The notes under the pieces: generated by a model
Databases searched by the model: none
The model's input: only the letters and a program-made list of their open reading frames with translations
Told to the model about the DNA's origin: nothing
Virus record (IMG/VR): IMGVR_UViG_3300020608_000013
Coordinates: 148,021 to 212,020 of that record
Direction: 5' to 3' (one strand)
DNA length: 64,000 nucleotides
Part shown: positions 37,985 through 47,356 of the stretch, in pieces
How positions within the stretch are numbered: the first letter of the stretch is position 1
Layout: each line of letters opens with the position of its first letter
Program-made: the position numbers and the translations under genes

Positions 37985-38509
37985 CTACTTACCTTTTTTA
38001 GCCTTGGTCTTTTTACCCACCGATTGTTTGTGCAATCGTGTTGGAATAAAAGCACCCACTGACTTAAAAGTGTACGTCACTTTATTATGTGTTCTAGGGA
38101 GGTCGAGGTTTGACATAAGGCAATGTTGTATTACTGCTTTTCTAGCTTTAACTAACAATGGCTTCTTCGCTATTGAATGCATGGCGGCTATGTTATCAAC
38201 CTTGATCTCTCTATTAAAGACACCATAGTGTTTCAACTGGTAGTGTCTCCCCTCTACAAACTCCCACCCGAAAAAGGACGTAGTCTTGATATACTCGAAG
38301 AGTTGCTTACTCGTGGCGAATACGGGGACTGAACTCACTGATTTTGCACGTTTGTTCAATTTTTTCACAGACCCTTTCGAGGTCAAGTCTGTCAGTGGTG
38401 ATGGTACATACGTGTCCGCTGGCTTCCATTCAAGCCCTACATCTGCCGAGGTATTTAAAGCAGTTACGATAGTTGCAGTGGCTAAGGTATATAGTATTAC
38501 GTTTTTCAT
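37985..38509 (-). CDS. Predicted secreted protein with Sec signal peptide and basic tail (174 aa)
   Basis: MKNVILYTLATATIVTALNTSA-D; ends KKTKAKKGK; similar to 46768..47301. Confidence 0.75.
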   Translation of the reverse strand: MKNVILYTLATATIVTALNTSADVGLEWKPADTYVPSPLTDLTSKGSVKKLNKRAKSVSSVPVFATSKQLFEYIKTTSFFGWEFVEGRHYQLKHYGVFNREIKVDNIAAMHSIAKKPLLVKARKAVIQHCLMSNLDLPRTHNKVTYTFKSVGAFIPTRLHKQSVGKKTKAKKGK

Positions 38510-38606
38510 AAAGTTCCCTTTTAAAAGTTTAGTTTAGTGTAATGGGTGTGTATTTCACCCATTACAAATAGACTCATCTTGCAGTAGATGGTCGTCATGA
38601 TACGCA

Positions 38607-39323
38607 CTATCTTGATCGCATAGTACGCACTTTCGTCATCCCAATATGGTTGATGGCGTTTTCAATACCCGTGGGTAGGTTGACAAGAATAATCTCGTCG
38701 ATTTCTAACGGCTCAATTACATCTAGGAGCGTGGTATGTGAGCCACGCCAATCCTTTATGATTAGACGTTTAAGGGTGGGGAAGTCTTCTAGGTTTAATT
38801 CTAATGAACTTCTTCGGCGTAGTTCTAGTGATAATATACATGCGCGGTCGTCACCTAAATTGTCTAATGGTGCGTTACCACTCATGCGCTCGAAAAAACA
38901 ACAGGGTTCTTCTTCATAAACAACCACACCTTTCACCTTTAGTCTTTTCAGTACTTCCTTATCGTTACATGATAAGGGTTCTTCAAGCCTGTAGTAAGAG
39001 ACTGTCTTCAACGGCAATTCTTCTAGGGAATCGAAATTGTATAGAATACAACCTTCAAAATGGAGGTGTTGTACCTTAGTACCCCATAACCGTCTCAACT
39101 CGACTTCCACGCCTTTAAACTCAAGGTGTGTTACACCTCTCAAATCTACGCCATTCAAGTCGTGGGGTAGGTCTAGAATACGATGGGCAGGATGCGTACC
39201 CATGTCAACCGTAGTCCCATAATATGTATATCCTTCACCATAAGATGTTATTTGAGTCACGCTATCGCCTGTTGCGATAGGTGAGTTTTTTAAATTGCCG
39301 TTTATGTTAATCACATTTGCCAT
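38607..39323 (-). CDS. LRR-like array protein (238 aa) with unusual N-terminal ININGNLKNSPIATGDSVTQ segment
   Basis: VTHLEF, VQHLHFEGC, FPTLKRLII; LKVKGVVV cap. Confidence 0.75.
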   Translation of the reverse strand: MANVININGNLKNSPIATGDSVTQITSYGEGYTYYGTTVDMGTHPAHRILDLPHDLNGVDLRGVTHLEFKGVEVELRRLWGTKVQHLHFEGCILYNFDSLEELPLKTVSYYRLEEPLSCNDKEVLKRLKVKGVVVYEEEPCCFFERMSGNAPLDNLGDDRACILSLELRRRSSLELNLEDFPTLKRLIIKDWRGSHTTLLDVIEPLEIDEIILVNLPTGIENAINHIGMTKVRTMRSR

Positions 39324-39326
39324 TTT

Positions 39327-40061
39327 TTAGTCCTCAATCACTTCTAAGACCACACCTTTACTAGCAAGACGTTTAATCTCTGTTGGTAATGGTACACTTT
39401 GACCTTTAAGTGTAAGATGTCTCAACGTTGTTAGGTTATGTAATAATTCAGGGTGTGGTATATTCCCTTGAATTGTTAAGTGAAATACCTTTGTCTTGGC
39501 GATTTCGTTAATCAAGAAAGGCCAGCCTCCTTCGTAATCGTTGATTACGACCTCTTCCAGGTTTTTATGACGTAGTAAAATCGACCGAACGCCAATGCCA
39601 GGACCTTTCTTTATAATAAACTTCGTTACAAAGCGATCCTCATCATCGCCTAAACCTGTCTTGGGTGAGAAGAACTCTACCCACACACCTCTCTCACGTA
39701 ACGTTGGGATTACGTCATCAATGCGACCGTCAAAGACGACCGAATTAGAGACAATGCCAACAAACCCTAATTTCTTTAGATCGCAAAGTTTGTCAATACT
39801 ACGGATCGTTGCGTTCTCTAGCAGTAATTCAGCTACACTACTATCGTTACATAAGTGACGTAAGTCAAAAGTGTCGTTTCGCAAATGTAATGATCGTACA
39901 TATCGGTCATTTACTTTTTTGAGCACGCTATCATTACCGATAGTGGTTGCTTTACTCAGTAGCTCAACTCTGTCAAGCTTGTTGTTTAAAACTGGGTTTA
40001 ATACCTCCTGTATCTGTACTTTATTATAAAGTTCAACGTTATTGGAATCGATAGTTAACAT
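39327..40061 (-). CDS. LRR-like array protein (244 aa)
   Basis: VRSLHLRN, LHNLTTLRHLTLKG; LRERGVWV and LASKGVVL caps. Confidence 0.8.
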   Translation of the reverse strand: MLTIDSNNVELYNKVQIQEVLNPVLNNKLDRVELLSKATTIGNDSVLKKVNDRYVRSLHLRNDTFDLRHLCNDSSVAELLLENATIRSIDKLCDLKKLGFVGIVSNSVVFDGRIDDVIPTLRERGVWVEFFSPKTGLGDDEDRFVTKFIIKKGPGIGVRSILLRHKNLEEVVINDYEGGWPFLINEIAKTKVFHLTIQGNIPHPELLHNLTTLRHLTLKGQSVPLPTEIKRLASKGVVLEVIED

Positions 40062-40094
40062 TGTAGTTGCCTCATATAGTGAGTTAAAATAGAT

Positions 40095-40133
40095 TATTAG
40101 TGACTAGTTTTTCTAGTCACTAATATAATATAC
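40095..40133 (-). promoter_or_regulatory. Promoter motif (40124-40133) plus 13-bp hairpin (40095-40125)
   Basis: GTATATTATA overlapping TATTAGTGACTAG/CTAGTCACTAATA. Confidence 0.75.
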
Positions 40134-40157
40134 ACCTGTAAAAAACTACATTACCAG

Positions 40158-41135
40158 TCATGTAGCAGCTACTTCTACGTCTATTTCGCGCTTTCGTAAC
40201 TTCTTCACCGCAGCGCTATTCTTACTATAAGCATCCTTATCTAGTACTAAGGTGTTCAGTCTAGGGAGCTGTGCCAACACATCTAGCTTAAAGTGACGGG
40301 TACGAATGACCTCTAGTCGCCTCAAAGTGGCGGGTAACTTAATACAGTAGACACTTTTAGCAGAATCGATTACTGCTAAATTTTCTAGATTAGTAAAGCG
40401 TTCAAATTTAAGTGGTGTGTCCGTACAGGACACATCTTTAACAGTGAGGTTAATAATATCTTTCTCATGTCGGTACAACCCACTTATGTAGGCACGGCGC
40501 AACGCCTCTAGTATCTCTACGCTAGGTTTATGTTTACCTTTAGTAGAAGGGGCGTATGTATTATACACTTTAGATACGCGATGTTGTCGCCCAGTAGGGG
40601 TGATCACACACGTACCGTCTTGATAGATAGTGTTATAGTTTACACTAAGTGCAGACTTATAGTCGTGCATATAATACTTTGCAATACGATGGTTGCGAGG
40701 TACTGTTTGTTCAAAAGACGCGTCTTCGTAAACCTCAACGCCATTGCTCTCAAGCTCTTTTAAATCATTGGGGTTAATAACACACTTTGTAAAATAAACA
40801 CGCTTTAACCTTTTAAACCGTTTAAGTAAATTACAACTCGGCTCTAATTTAATGTTATTAAAATGGATTACATTAATACCTAACCCTTGAATAGGAAGAC
40901 TATTTAATGATAAAAAGGGGTTAGTGTTTACCCCATTACACTTAACCACACAACCCTCGATGACGAGCCGATTATACCCTTTTAAATTAATATTTTTTAA
41001 AGTAGGTATACATGTAGTTAAGTTTACTTTCTTTATAAGCTTTGATTCTCGATGTGTTAACGAAATTGCTTTTTCCATAATTCTAACTTTATTTTTAATA
41101 AAAAAAAATATTAAGTAGCTGAGACGACTAAACAT
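40158..41135 (-). CDS. LRR-like array protein (up to 325 aa; likely start MEKAIS)
   Basis: FKRLKRVYF, FTNLENLAV, LPATLRRLEV, LPRLNTLVL; two caps. Confidence 0.85.
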   Translation of the reverse strand: MFSRLSYLIFFFIKNKVRIMEKAISLTHRESKLIKKVNLTTCIPTLKNINLKGYNRLVIEGCVVKCNGVNTNPFLSLNSLPIQGLGINVIHFNNIKLEPSCNLLKRFKRLKRVYFTKCVINPNDLKELESNGVEVYEDASFEQTVPRNHRIAKYYMHDYKSALSVNYNTIYQDGTCVITPTGRQHRVSKVYNTYAPSTKGKHKPSVEILEALRRAYISGLYRHEKDIINLTVKDVSCTDTPLKFERFTNLENLAVIDSAKSVYCIKLPATLRRLEVIRTRHFKLDVLAQLPRLNTLVLDKDAYSKNSAAVKKLRKREIDVEVAAT

Positions 41136-41155
41136 CCCAGCTACATTTTTAAGCC

Positions 41156-41968
41156 CTATAGTGCGGTGTTATTCACCACCTCTACATCTTGCGGAAATCT
41201 TACTTTAGGGGGTTTTACAACACTATTCTCTATCTCAATATACTTTAAAGAGCTGGGTGCATCATTGAGATCGACAACGATATTATTGTCTGTCAATGTC
41301 AGAGAGGTTAAGTTTTTAAACACAGATAAGTTAAAAGGTGTGTTCCATCCTTTAACCCCCGCGATTGTTAAAGCTTTAACTAAATGGCCGACTTCCTCAA
41401 ACCCATCGTTAAAACAAAGACCTGTCATCTCATTAACGTGTTCAACCGCTTCTAAGAGAGGAATATCCTTCCCTTCTATAATAGCGGTATCAAGAGTAGT
41501 ACCGTACAGGCATAGCACTCCATTAGTATGGAGTGTATGGATGTGTTCGGATATACAACTGGCGAAGCGAATATTAAATCTCCCATTTACATCTAAGTAG
41601 TGTTGGTGTAAGTCTCTCATCATACGTTCATGATGAATATTAACCTCACATCCCCTTACGAAGGCTTCGATGACTACAGTAGGGAACATTACCCCACTAA
41701 CCACTAGTGTTTTAAGGGAGGTTAGACCCTTCAACCATAATCGAACTTCCTCATATATTAAATGTTGCTCATGTAAATACACGGTCTCAATAGAGTCACA
41801 TTTAATCATTCGGAATATGTGTCCGAAATTCAACTCCATCGGGACGACGATGGCAACCGTTTTAATACCCGTGAGATCAATATCCCCAGGTTCTTTTGGA
41901 AGTTGTGTAATAGTGATGGCGGTAGTGTCGTTCTCTTTTTTAAATATCGGTGTGCGTAGTATGAACAT
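41156..41968 (-). CDS. LRR-like array protein, CxN-GYE subfamily (270 aa)
   Basis: GLCFNDGFE, FKNLTSLTL, APSSLKYIEI. Confidence 0.85.
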   Translation of the reverse strand: MFILRTPIFKKENDTTAITITQLPKEPGDIDLTGIKTVAIVVPMELNFGHIFRMIKCDSIETVYLHEQHLIYEEVRLWLKGLTSLKTLVVSGVMFPTVVIEAFVRGCEVNIHHERMMRDLHQHYLDVNGRFNIRFASCISEHIHTLHTNGVLCLYGTTLDTAIIEGKDIPLLEAVEHVNEMTGLCFNDGFEEVGHLVKALTIAGVKGWNTPFNLSVFKNLTSLTLTDNNIVVDLNDAPSSLKYIEIENSVVKPPKVRFPQDVEVVNNTAL

Positions 41969-42055
41969 AACTAATCCTTAAAATAATTTAATTAAAATGG
42001 TACAAGTTAGTGTCATAAGATACTAACTTGTATTTAAAAGACACTAAACAAGTCT

Positions 42056-42883
42056 CTACCACACAATAGGTGGAATTTCTAAGACGTTATCTAATAGTCC
42101 TTCTCTTGGGTGCGTTATTGGGGAACGCTCTACCTCCAAATATCGTAAGCTAGGCGGTATATCATTAATTTCAATTTCTACTTCGTTGCCTATTAAGGTT
42201 AACGAAGTTAGATTAACGAACGGTCTTAAACTAAACGGTGTATTCCAGCACCGAACCCCCACAATGCTTAACCCTAGTACTAAAGGGGCAATTGCCTCGT
42301 ACTTGTCGTTGAGACACACTCCCTCATTAGCGTAAATGAAATGGTGTAGGTTTGTTAGAGATACTCCACTACTTCTCACGACAGCGGTGTCGTTTGTGAC
42401 CCCGCTTAACTCAAACGTACCTGTACGGTAGATTGCAGTCAGATCGTTGCTAACACAACTACCGAATAATGCATCTACACCCACCCCATCTTTTGGGTGT
42501 TTAACCCGTACGAAATGGTTGTGGTAATCAACCGTTTCTCTCGCATAGTGTACGTCCACTCCTTTACTTGTTAACGCACCCACAATACCCCTTTCTAAGC
42601 TACTATTGTCGTGTAATATGAGGGTTTTAAGCACAGGGAGTTTACCTAACCATGTTGAGAGGTTAGTTCGTGTGTTATACTTGCGTATAGTAATCAACTC
42701 TATAGACTGGCAATCATCAACAGGGAAACTTATCAAGTAGTCTATCGGCTCATCAATGTCAATGAAGACGTTACGCACGCCTTTTAGTTCCACGCTCCCA
42801 GGGTACGCTGGGGGCTTTTTCAGAGCTACTGTTGGGAATTTGTTTTCATTTTTGAATATTGGTGTAAATACGTGATGCATCAT
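42056..42883 (-). CDS. LRR-like array protein, close paralogue of 41156..41968 (275 aa)
   Basis: TPIFKNEN, GVCLNDKYE, WNTPF, NLTSLTL. Confidence 0.85.
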   Translation of the reverse strand: MMHHVFTPIFKNENKFPTVALKKPPAYPGSVELKGVRNVFIDIDEPIDYLISFPVDDCQSIELITIRKYNTRTNLSTWLGKLPVLKTLILHDNSSLERGIVGALTSKGVDVHYARETVDYHNHFVRVKHPKDGVGVDALFGSCVSNDLTAIYRTGTFELSGVTNDTAVVRSSGVSLTNLHHFIYANEGVCLNDKYEAIAPLVLGLSIVGVRCWNTPFSLRPFVNLTSLTLIGNEVEIEINDIPPSLRYLEVERSPITHPREGLLDNVLEIPPIVW

Positions 42884-42946
42884 AATAATGTCCTATTACT
42901 AGTAATTATGTGGGCGTGGTAGATTACAGCACTACCACGTAATTTA

Positions 42947-42981
42947 GACTATTGTTCTGAATAGCCACTTTTATAATATAT
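42947..42981 (-). promoter_or_regulatory. Promoter motif (42972-42981) plus short hairpin (42947-42966)
   Basis: ATATATTATA; GGCTATT/AATAGTC stem with a G-U pair on the - strand. Confidence 0.65.
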
Positions 42982-43175
42982 GACCATCCTATTCTAAAAT
43001 AAACTAGGCGTTAACCAATCTTTTCATAACAGCTAGTCTGTAGAGTAGTATGGGAGCACAGCCTTTATAGTGACCCCGTGGTATATTCATAGAAGACTCA
43101 CTTCTCCTAAAAAAACAATTTAATAACAGTACACGGGCTAGTGACTTTCATCATTAGCCCGTGTACTAACACGTT

Positions 43176-43955
43176 TTATTCACGTTCTACATTATCGATT
43201 GTAAGCTTGATTTGACAGTTAGTTCTCAAAATCTCTTTCAAAAGCTTTAGTGTCAAACGATTGTCAGTCGGGTTAATTAGGACGATCTCTTCAAGACTAT
43301 CCATGTTAGTGAGGTGTTCAACATCCGTAATGTGAGTTTCCTCAACAATCAGTCTTTCGAGGTTTGGCGGTAGATGCTTCATTGATAACGAGGTATCGCA
43401 GCCCATAATACGCATGTCAACTGCTCGTTTGAACAGCGTCCAATCAGGTTCTACACTAAACCACGAGACACCCGAGACTTCAATTACTAGGACATCGCTA
43501 GCATACTGCTCATACCCCTGGTTATGACAGACGTTATGGAGCATTGGTAATACCTTTTCCAGCTCCTCGTATTTGATTCCCTTGATGTTCAGGTAAGTTT
43601 CCTTATTGTAGTTCTTAAAGACCATTGTACCTTCACCATAAAGTTCGTCGAGGTTACACATGAAGGGTGTTTGTACTTCTAGTGAGTCCCCTTCATTGTT
43701 TTCATACGCGACTTGGTAGCGCTCTTGTTCGTTCGGGAGGAGGGTTGTCACGCCCCGATCTTCAAGTACGGTTAAGTTTTCACTACATAGTTTAACACCG
43801 CCTTTATTGACGTACACTTTTTCCAACGATTGGAACATTTCTAAATCCAGTTCGTTGAAGGTTTCTCCATCTACAAAGAGAACTTCTACTTTAGAGACGT
43901 TAGTGTTAGCCAATTCGTTGCTGTCGTTTACTGCTAATGTAATAATGTCTATGAT
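43176..43955 (-). CDS. LRR-like array protein; ORF track start TTG at 43913, but homology extends to an ATC codon at 43955
   Basis: NVCHNQGYEQYASDV, LPPNLERLIV; upstream in-frame ITLAVNDS aligns with STLAVGES of 44093..44914; AGGA 5 nt before the ATC. Confidence 0.75.
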   Translation of the reverse strand: MIDIITLAVNDSNELANTNVSKVEVLFVDGETFNELDLEMFQSLEKVYVNKGGVKLCSENLTVLEDRGVTTLLPNEQERYQVAYENNEGDSLEVQTPFMCNLDELYGEGTMVFKNYNKETYLNIKGIKYEELEKVLPMLHNVCHNQGYEQYASDVLVIEVSGVSWFSVEPDWTLFKRAVDMRIMGCDTSLSMKHLPPNLERLIVEETHITDVEHLTNMDSLEEIVLINPTDNRLTLKLLKEILRTNCQIKLTIDNVERE

Positions 43956-44092
43956 ATATGTCCTATTAAAGTATTTTAAATGTAGCGACCCTAGGCAGAG
44001 TGAGTCGTCACAGATAAGGGGGTAAACAGTTTAATTTAAATTCCTCTACGCAAGCGTATTATAAAACTAAACTTCTATTAAAGATATGTAAA

Positions 44093-44914
44093 TCAGTTAC
44101 AGCTACCCGTAAAGGTAACTCTCAACTTAGTCTCGCGACCACTCACCCCCTCCAGAAGGGTTATTATATCCAATTTATCGTAATTTGTATCGAAAACAAC
44201 TTCTTCTAGACACGACATGTCTAGAAGGGCTGAAATGTTTATCAACGTTGTGTTTACGACACTAATACGCTTTAGATTTTTCGGAAGTGTCGTGCAATCG
44301 ATGATAAACTCATTATCGATTAAAGATAAATCGTTTGCACGATCAAACAAAGTCCAGTCAATATCACTAGTAAAAGCACTGACCCCTTCAACACGAATTG
44401 AAATCACATCAGGGGCATATTTTTCATACCCTTGATTGTGACATACGCCATTTTGATCTTTCAGTAATGGTGAGAGTTCGTTTGGCGCGATGCCTTCGAC
44501 ACACATTCGTGTTTTGTTCGGGTTATGACCAGTTAACCACATTTCCCCTTCCGCAAAGAGAGAGGCTGTATTTTGAAGGTAGCTTTTCTGAACACTAAAG
44601 TATCCTCCCTCAGGACCTTCATATACTAGTTCATAAAAATCGCTTTCGTTAGATAGCAATATTTTAACACCCCGGTCTCGAAGCTCCTGGACCATCTCTG
44701 TATCCAATACATGACCATTTTGGTCAATATAGATGCGCTTCAAGGCTTTATAGAAGTAGAGATGTAATTCGTTGAAGGTTAGTCCTGATGTAAACAGTAC
44801 CTCTACGCTATCGACGGTTTCGTTTGTTGTGATACAACTCTCGCCTACAGCAAGCGTAGACGTGTTAGTAAAATCCACTTGTGTTAAATCGTTTGAATAG
44901 CGTAATTTAGACAT
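44093..44914 (-). CDS. LRR-like array protein (273 aa)
   Basis: GVCHNQGYEKYAPDV, LPKNLKRISV, LRDRGVKI cap; AGGAG RBS. Confidence 0.85.
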   Translation of the reverse strand: MSKLRYSNDLTQVDFTNTSTLAVGESCITTNETVDSVEVLFTSGLTFNELHLYFYKALKRIYIDQNGHVLDTEMVQELRDRGVKILLSNESDFYELVYEGPEGGYFSVQKSYLQNTASLFAEGEMWLTGHNPNKTRMCVEGIAPNELSPLLKDQNGVCHNQGYEKYAPDVISIRVEGVSAFTSDIDWTLFDRANDLSLIDNEFIIDCTTLPKNLKRISVVNTTLINISALLDMSCLEEVVFDTNYDKLDIITLLEGVSGRETKLRVTFTGSCN

Positions 44915-44981
44915 TTGTTTCTCCTAATTTAAAATTATGGGTGTGACGGTCATGTAAAACCGTCACACTTAGGGGGAAGGG

Positions 44982-45782
44982 TTATCGGTCTAGCTCGAAG
45001 ATTAGATCGAACATTTCGCCCTTCACTTCGTTGCAAATTTTATTGAAAAGCCGAAAATCTTCTCCAATAACCTTAAGTGTTGATAGGTTTGGGTGGTGTG
45101 CTAGCGCACCAATATTTGTTAGTACTGAGGTGTTTACAGTCAGGGTTGAAAGACTGGCGGGCAGTGTCCCGCAATCTACAGGATATGAGGTTTTAAACAA
45201 CACTAACTCTCTAACCTTGGTGAAACGAGCGAAATCCAGTGATTCCATAAAGCGATTCACGCTATCTAGTTCCAGATATTGTACATCACCTGCAATTTTT
45301 TCATATCCTACATTAAGACATAGACCTGAATGAAAATGCAATACTTCTGCACGCATATTTTCTTCTAATAAATGTTCTCCTAGTCCCTCTAGTACAAGCG
45401 CTTGATCGTCAAATAAATCGCTCTCAAGAACGGGAGTGAAATTACCTACTTCAAAAACCTTACCGTTTGGGAGGTAGACTTCCGTGGTCTCTGAGATTAA
45501 GTTACGTAAACCTCCTTTCCAGATAACCTCAACGCCTCGGCGTTGAAGGGCATTTAGATGATCACCAGGCTCTTGCACACGCCCGACATAGATGCGTTTA
45601 AGATTTGGGAAGCCCTCGACGCATTTTAGTAACTCACCATTTACTAAACCGTCTGTAAAAACGGTTTCAACTGAATCGAAGTTAGGTTTAATGAACATAT
45701 TCTCCTTAACTCCCATAAGACCCATAGTGATGTTTTGGACATTAGTGTTACCGTCGAAAGATTTTAAGCTGTAAGTTTTCAT
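44982..45782 (-). CDS. LRR-like array protein (266 aa)
   Basis: FPNLKRIYV, GLCLNVGYEKIAGDV, LPASLSTLTV, HPNLSTLKV. Confidence 0.85.
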   Translation of the reverse strand: MKTYSLKSFDGNTNVQNITMGLMGVKENMFIKPNFDSVETVFTDGLVNGELLKCVEGFPNLKRIYVGRVQEPGDHLNALQRRGVEVIWKGGLRNLISETTEVYLPNGKVFEVGNFTPVLESDLFDDQALVLEGLGEHLLEENMRAEVLHFHSGLCLNVGYEKIAGDVQYLELDSVNRFMESLDFARFTKVRELVLFKTSYPVDCGTLPASLSTLTVNTSVLTNIGALAHHPNLSTLKVIGEDFRLFNKICNEVKGEMFDLIFELDR

Positions 45783-45813
45783 AGTACTTTCCTATTAATG
45801 TTTAAATGTTAAT

Positions 45814-45849
45814 GAATGACTAGCCCTATTACTAGTCACTCTTATAATA
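45814..45849 (-). promoter_or_regulatory. Variant promoter motif (CTATTATA) plus 10-bp hairpin
   Basis: GAGTGACTAG/CTAGTCATTC with a G-U pair on the - strand; flanks resemble the 63486 copy. Confidence 0.55.
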
Positions 45850-45863
45850 GCGTTTTTGTAAAA

Positions 45864-46676
45864 CTACGCTAATTTAAAATACAAATTGAAATAAGCGTCT
45901 ACATTCGCGTTGTGAATTTTATGGTAAAGGTCTAAATTATCATCAACGATAACAACTTTCCCCAACTCTTCTAGTTTGTTTAGTGCCGATAGGTTGGTCA
46001 ACCCAACACCACCGACAGTCAATTCAGTAAGCGTTTGTGGTAGGTCTGCACAATCTAACTGGAAATTACCTACATCAAATAACTCAACATAAGTTAAATT
46101 CTTAAACAGAGTAATGTCTAAAGGACTTTGGAACTTATTGACATTGTTAATGTGTAGGGATACTACGTCTTCAGCGTAACACTCGTATCCGCGATTTAGG
46201 CAACGGCCTTTATTCTCATCTAAAAAGTTTTGACTATACTCATTAGGTTTGAATGAATTATCATCAAACCCCTCAAGGAAGAGCGCACTTAAGCCGTAAA
46301 GATGACGTTCTGTAAAGTGGATGAAAGACGGTACTTCTAAACTCTTTCCACTACTAGTGTGCAATGTTGTGTAGCGTGAAACTAGTCTCTCTACTTCGTA
46401 AGAGGTGCGTACGTCGACCCCTCTTTCTAGTAGAGGGGTGAACACGGTTGTTGGTTTATCTGTATCCGCATATACTCGTTTGAGGTTTTCCAAATCAGTT
46501 AGGCGTTCAATTTGATCACCCGTAGGTTCATTAAAGAAAAAGATTCTTTCAACATTTCTCAGCCAGCCACTTTCAGGCAGGTCGGTGTCTCTCGCCATAA
46601 CTAATGTCTTTACATTAGTGGTAGGGGAGGTTAAGGTTTCTAAAACGGTATTTTCTAAAGTTTGGTAGGTTTTCAT
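45864..46676 (-). CDS. LRR-like array protein (270 aa)
   Basis: LENLKRVYA, GRCLNRGYECYAEDV, LPQTLTELTV. Confidence 0.85.
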   Translation of the reverse strand: MKTYQTLENTVLETLTSPTTNVKTLVMARDTDLPESGWLRNVERIFFFNEPTGDQIERLTDLENLKRVYADTDKPTTVFTPLLERGVDVRTSYEVERLVSRYTTLHTSSGKSLEVPSFIHFTERHLYGLSALFLEGFDDNSFKPNEYSQNFLDENKGRCLNRGYECYAEDVVSLHINNVNKFQSPLDITLFKNLTYVELFDVGNFQLDCADLPQTLTELTVGGVGLTNLSALNKLEELGKVVIVDDNLDLYHKIHNANVDAYFNLYFKLA

Positions 46677-46767
46677 TTCGTTTCCCTTTTAAATTCAATG
46701 TGCTAATTAGATGGATTGATAAACACTCATCACTCATATAGTGATGAGTGCTATATGTCGGTGACTT

Positions 46768-47301
46768 CTACTTACGTTTTCTCTTACCTTTCTTCACATT
46801 AATATCCTTTTCTTTTTTACGATAAATGCGGTAGGGTATGTTATCATCCGTAATTTTTTCTAGACAGTAATTATATCCTTTTATTAAAGAACATAATTGC
46901 TCTTTAGAGACAATTACATAAGGTATATAACATAGGGGTAGATTAGAAAAGAAATTTTTAGCGAACCGCTCTCTCGCTCCCTTTTTCCCGACTGGTTTAA
47001 GATCAGTAATGCGTCTTTTTTGAACGACTCCATTCACTGTATAATAGCTAAACACATTAACATGATCCGTACCTTTGGTTTCAAACCCGCAATAAGGTGT
47101 AGCTTTCAGAAGTTTTAAATGGTCTCGTCCAGTTTTAGGGACAACTGCTTCAGCCGCTACTACGTTAGCCTCCTTAATAGCCTTCTCAGACCCAATTTCT
47201 ATAATGTTTTTAGGAATATAGCTAATCTTACCATTCGCCATAATACCCAACGGCAATGTAGCTAACAAAACAGTTAGAGTGATGGTTAAACTATGTTTCA
47301 T
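46768..47301 (-). CDS. Predicted secreted protein with Sec signal peptide and basic tail (177 aa)
   Basis: MKHSLTITLTVLLATLPLGIMA-N; ends KKGKRKRK; similar to 37985..38509. Confidence 0.75.
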   Translation of the reverse strand: MKHSLTITLTVLLATLPLGIMANGKISYIPKNIIEIGSEKAIKEANVVAAEAVVPKTGRDHLKLLKATPYCGFETKGTDHVNVFSYYTVNGVVQKRRITDLKPVGKKGARERFAKNFFSNLPLCYIPYVIVSKEQLCSLIKGYNYCLEKITDDNIPYRIYRKKEKDINVKKGKRKRK

Positions 47302-47356
47302 ATTTACTCCAATTGACTATAGGGTAGTCAGCCCTATAGCCCAACAAGAACCCTCT

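Noticed and set aside
43004-43090. 28-aa ORF MNIPRGHYKG...
   Set aside because: Too short, RBS spacing is long and there are no distinguishing features
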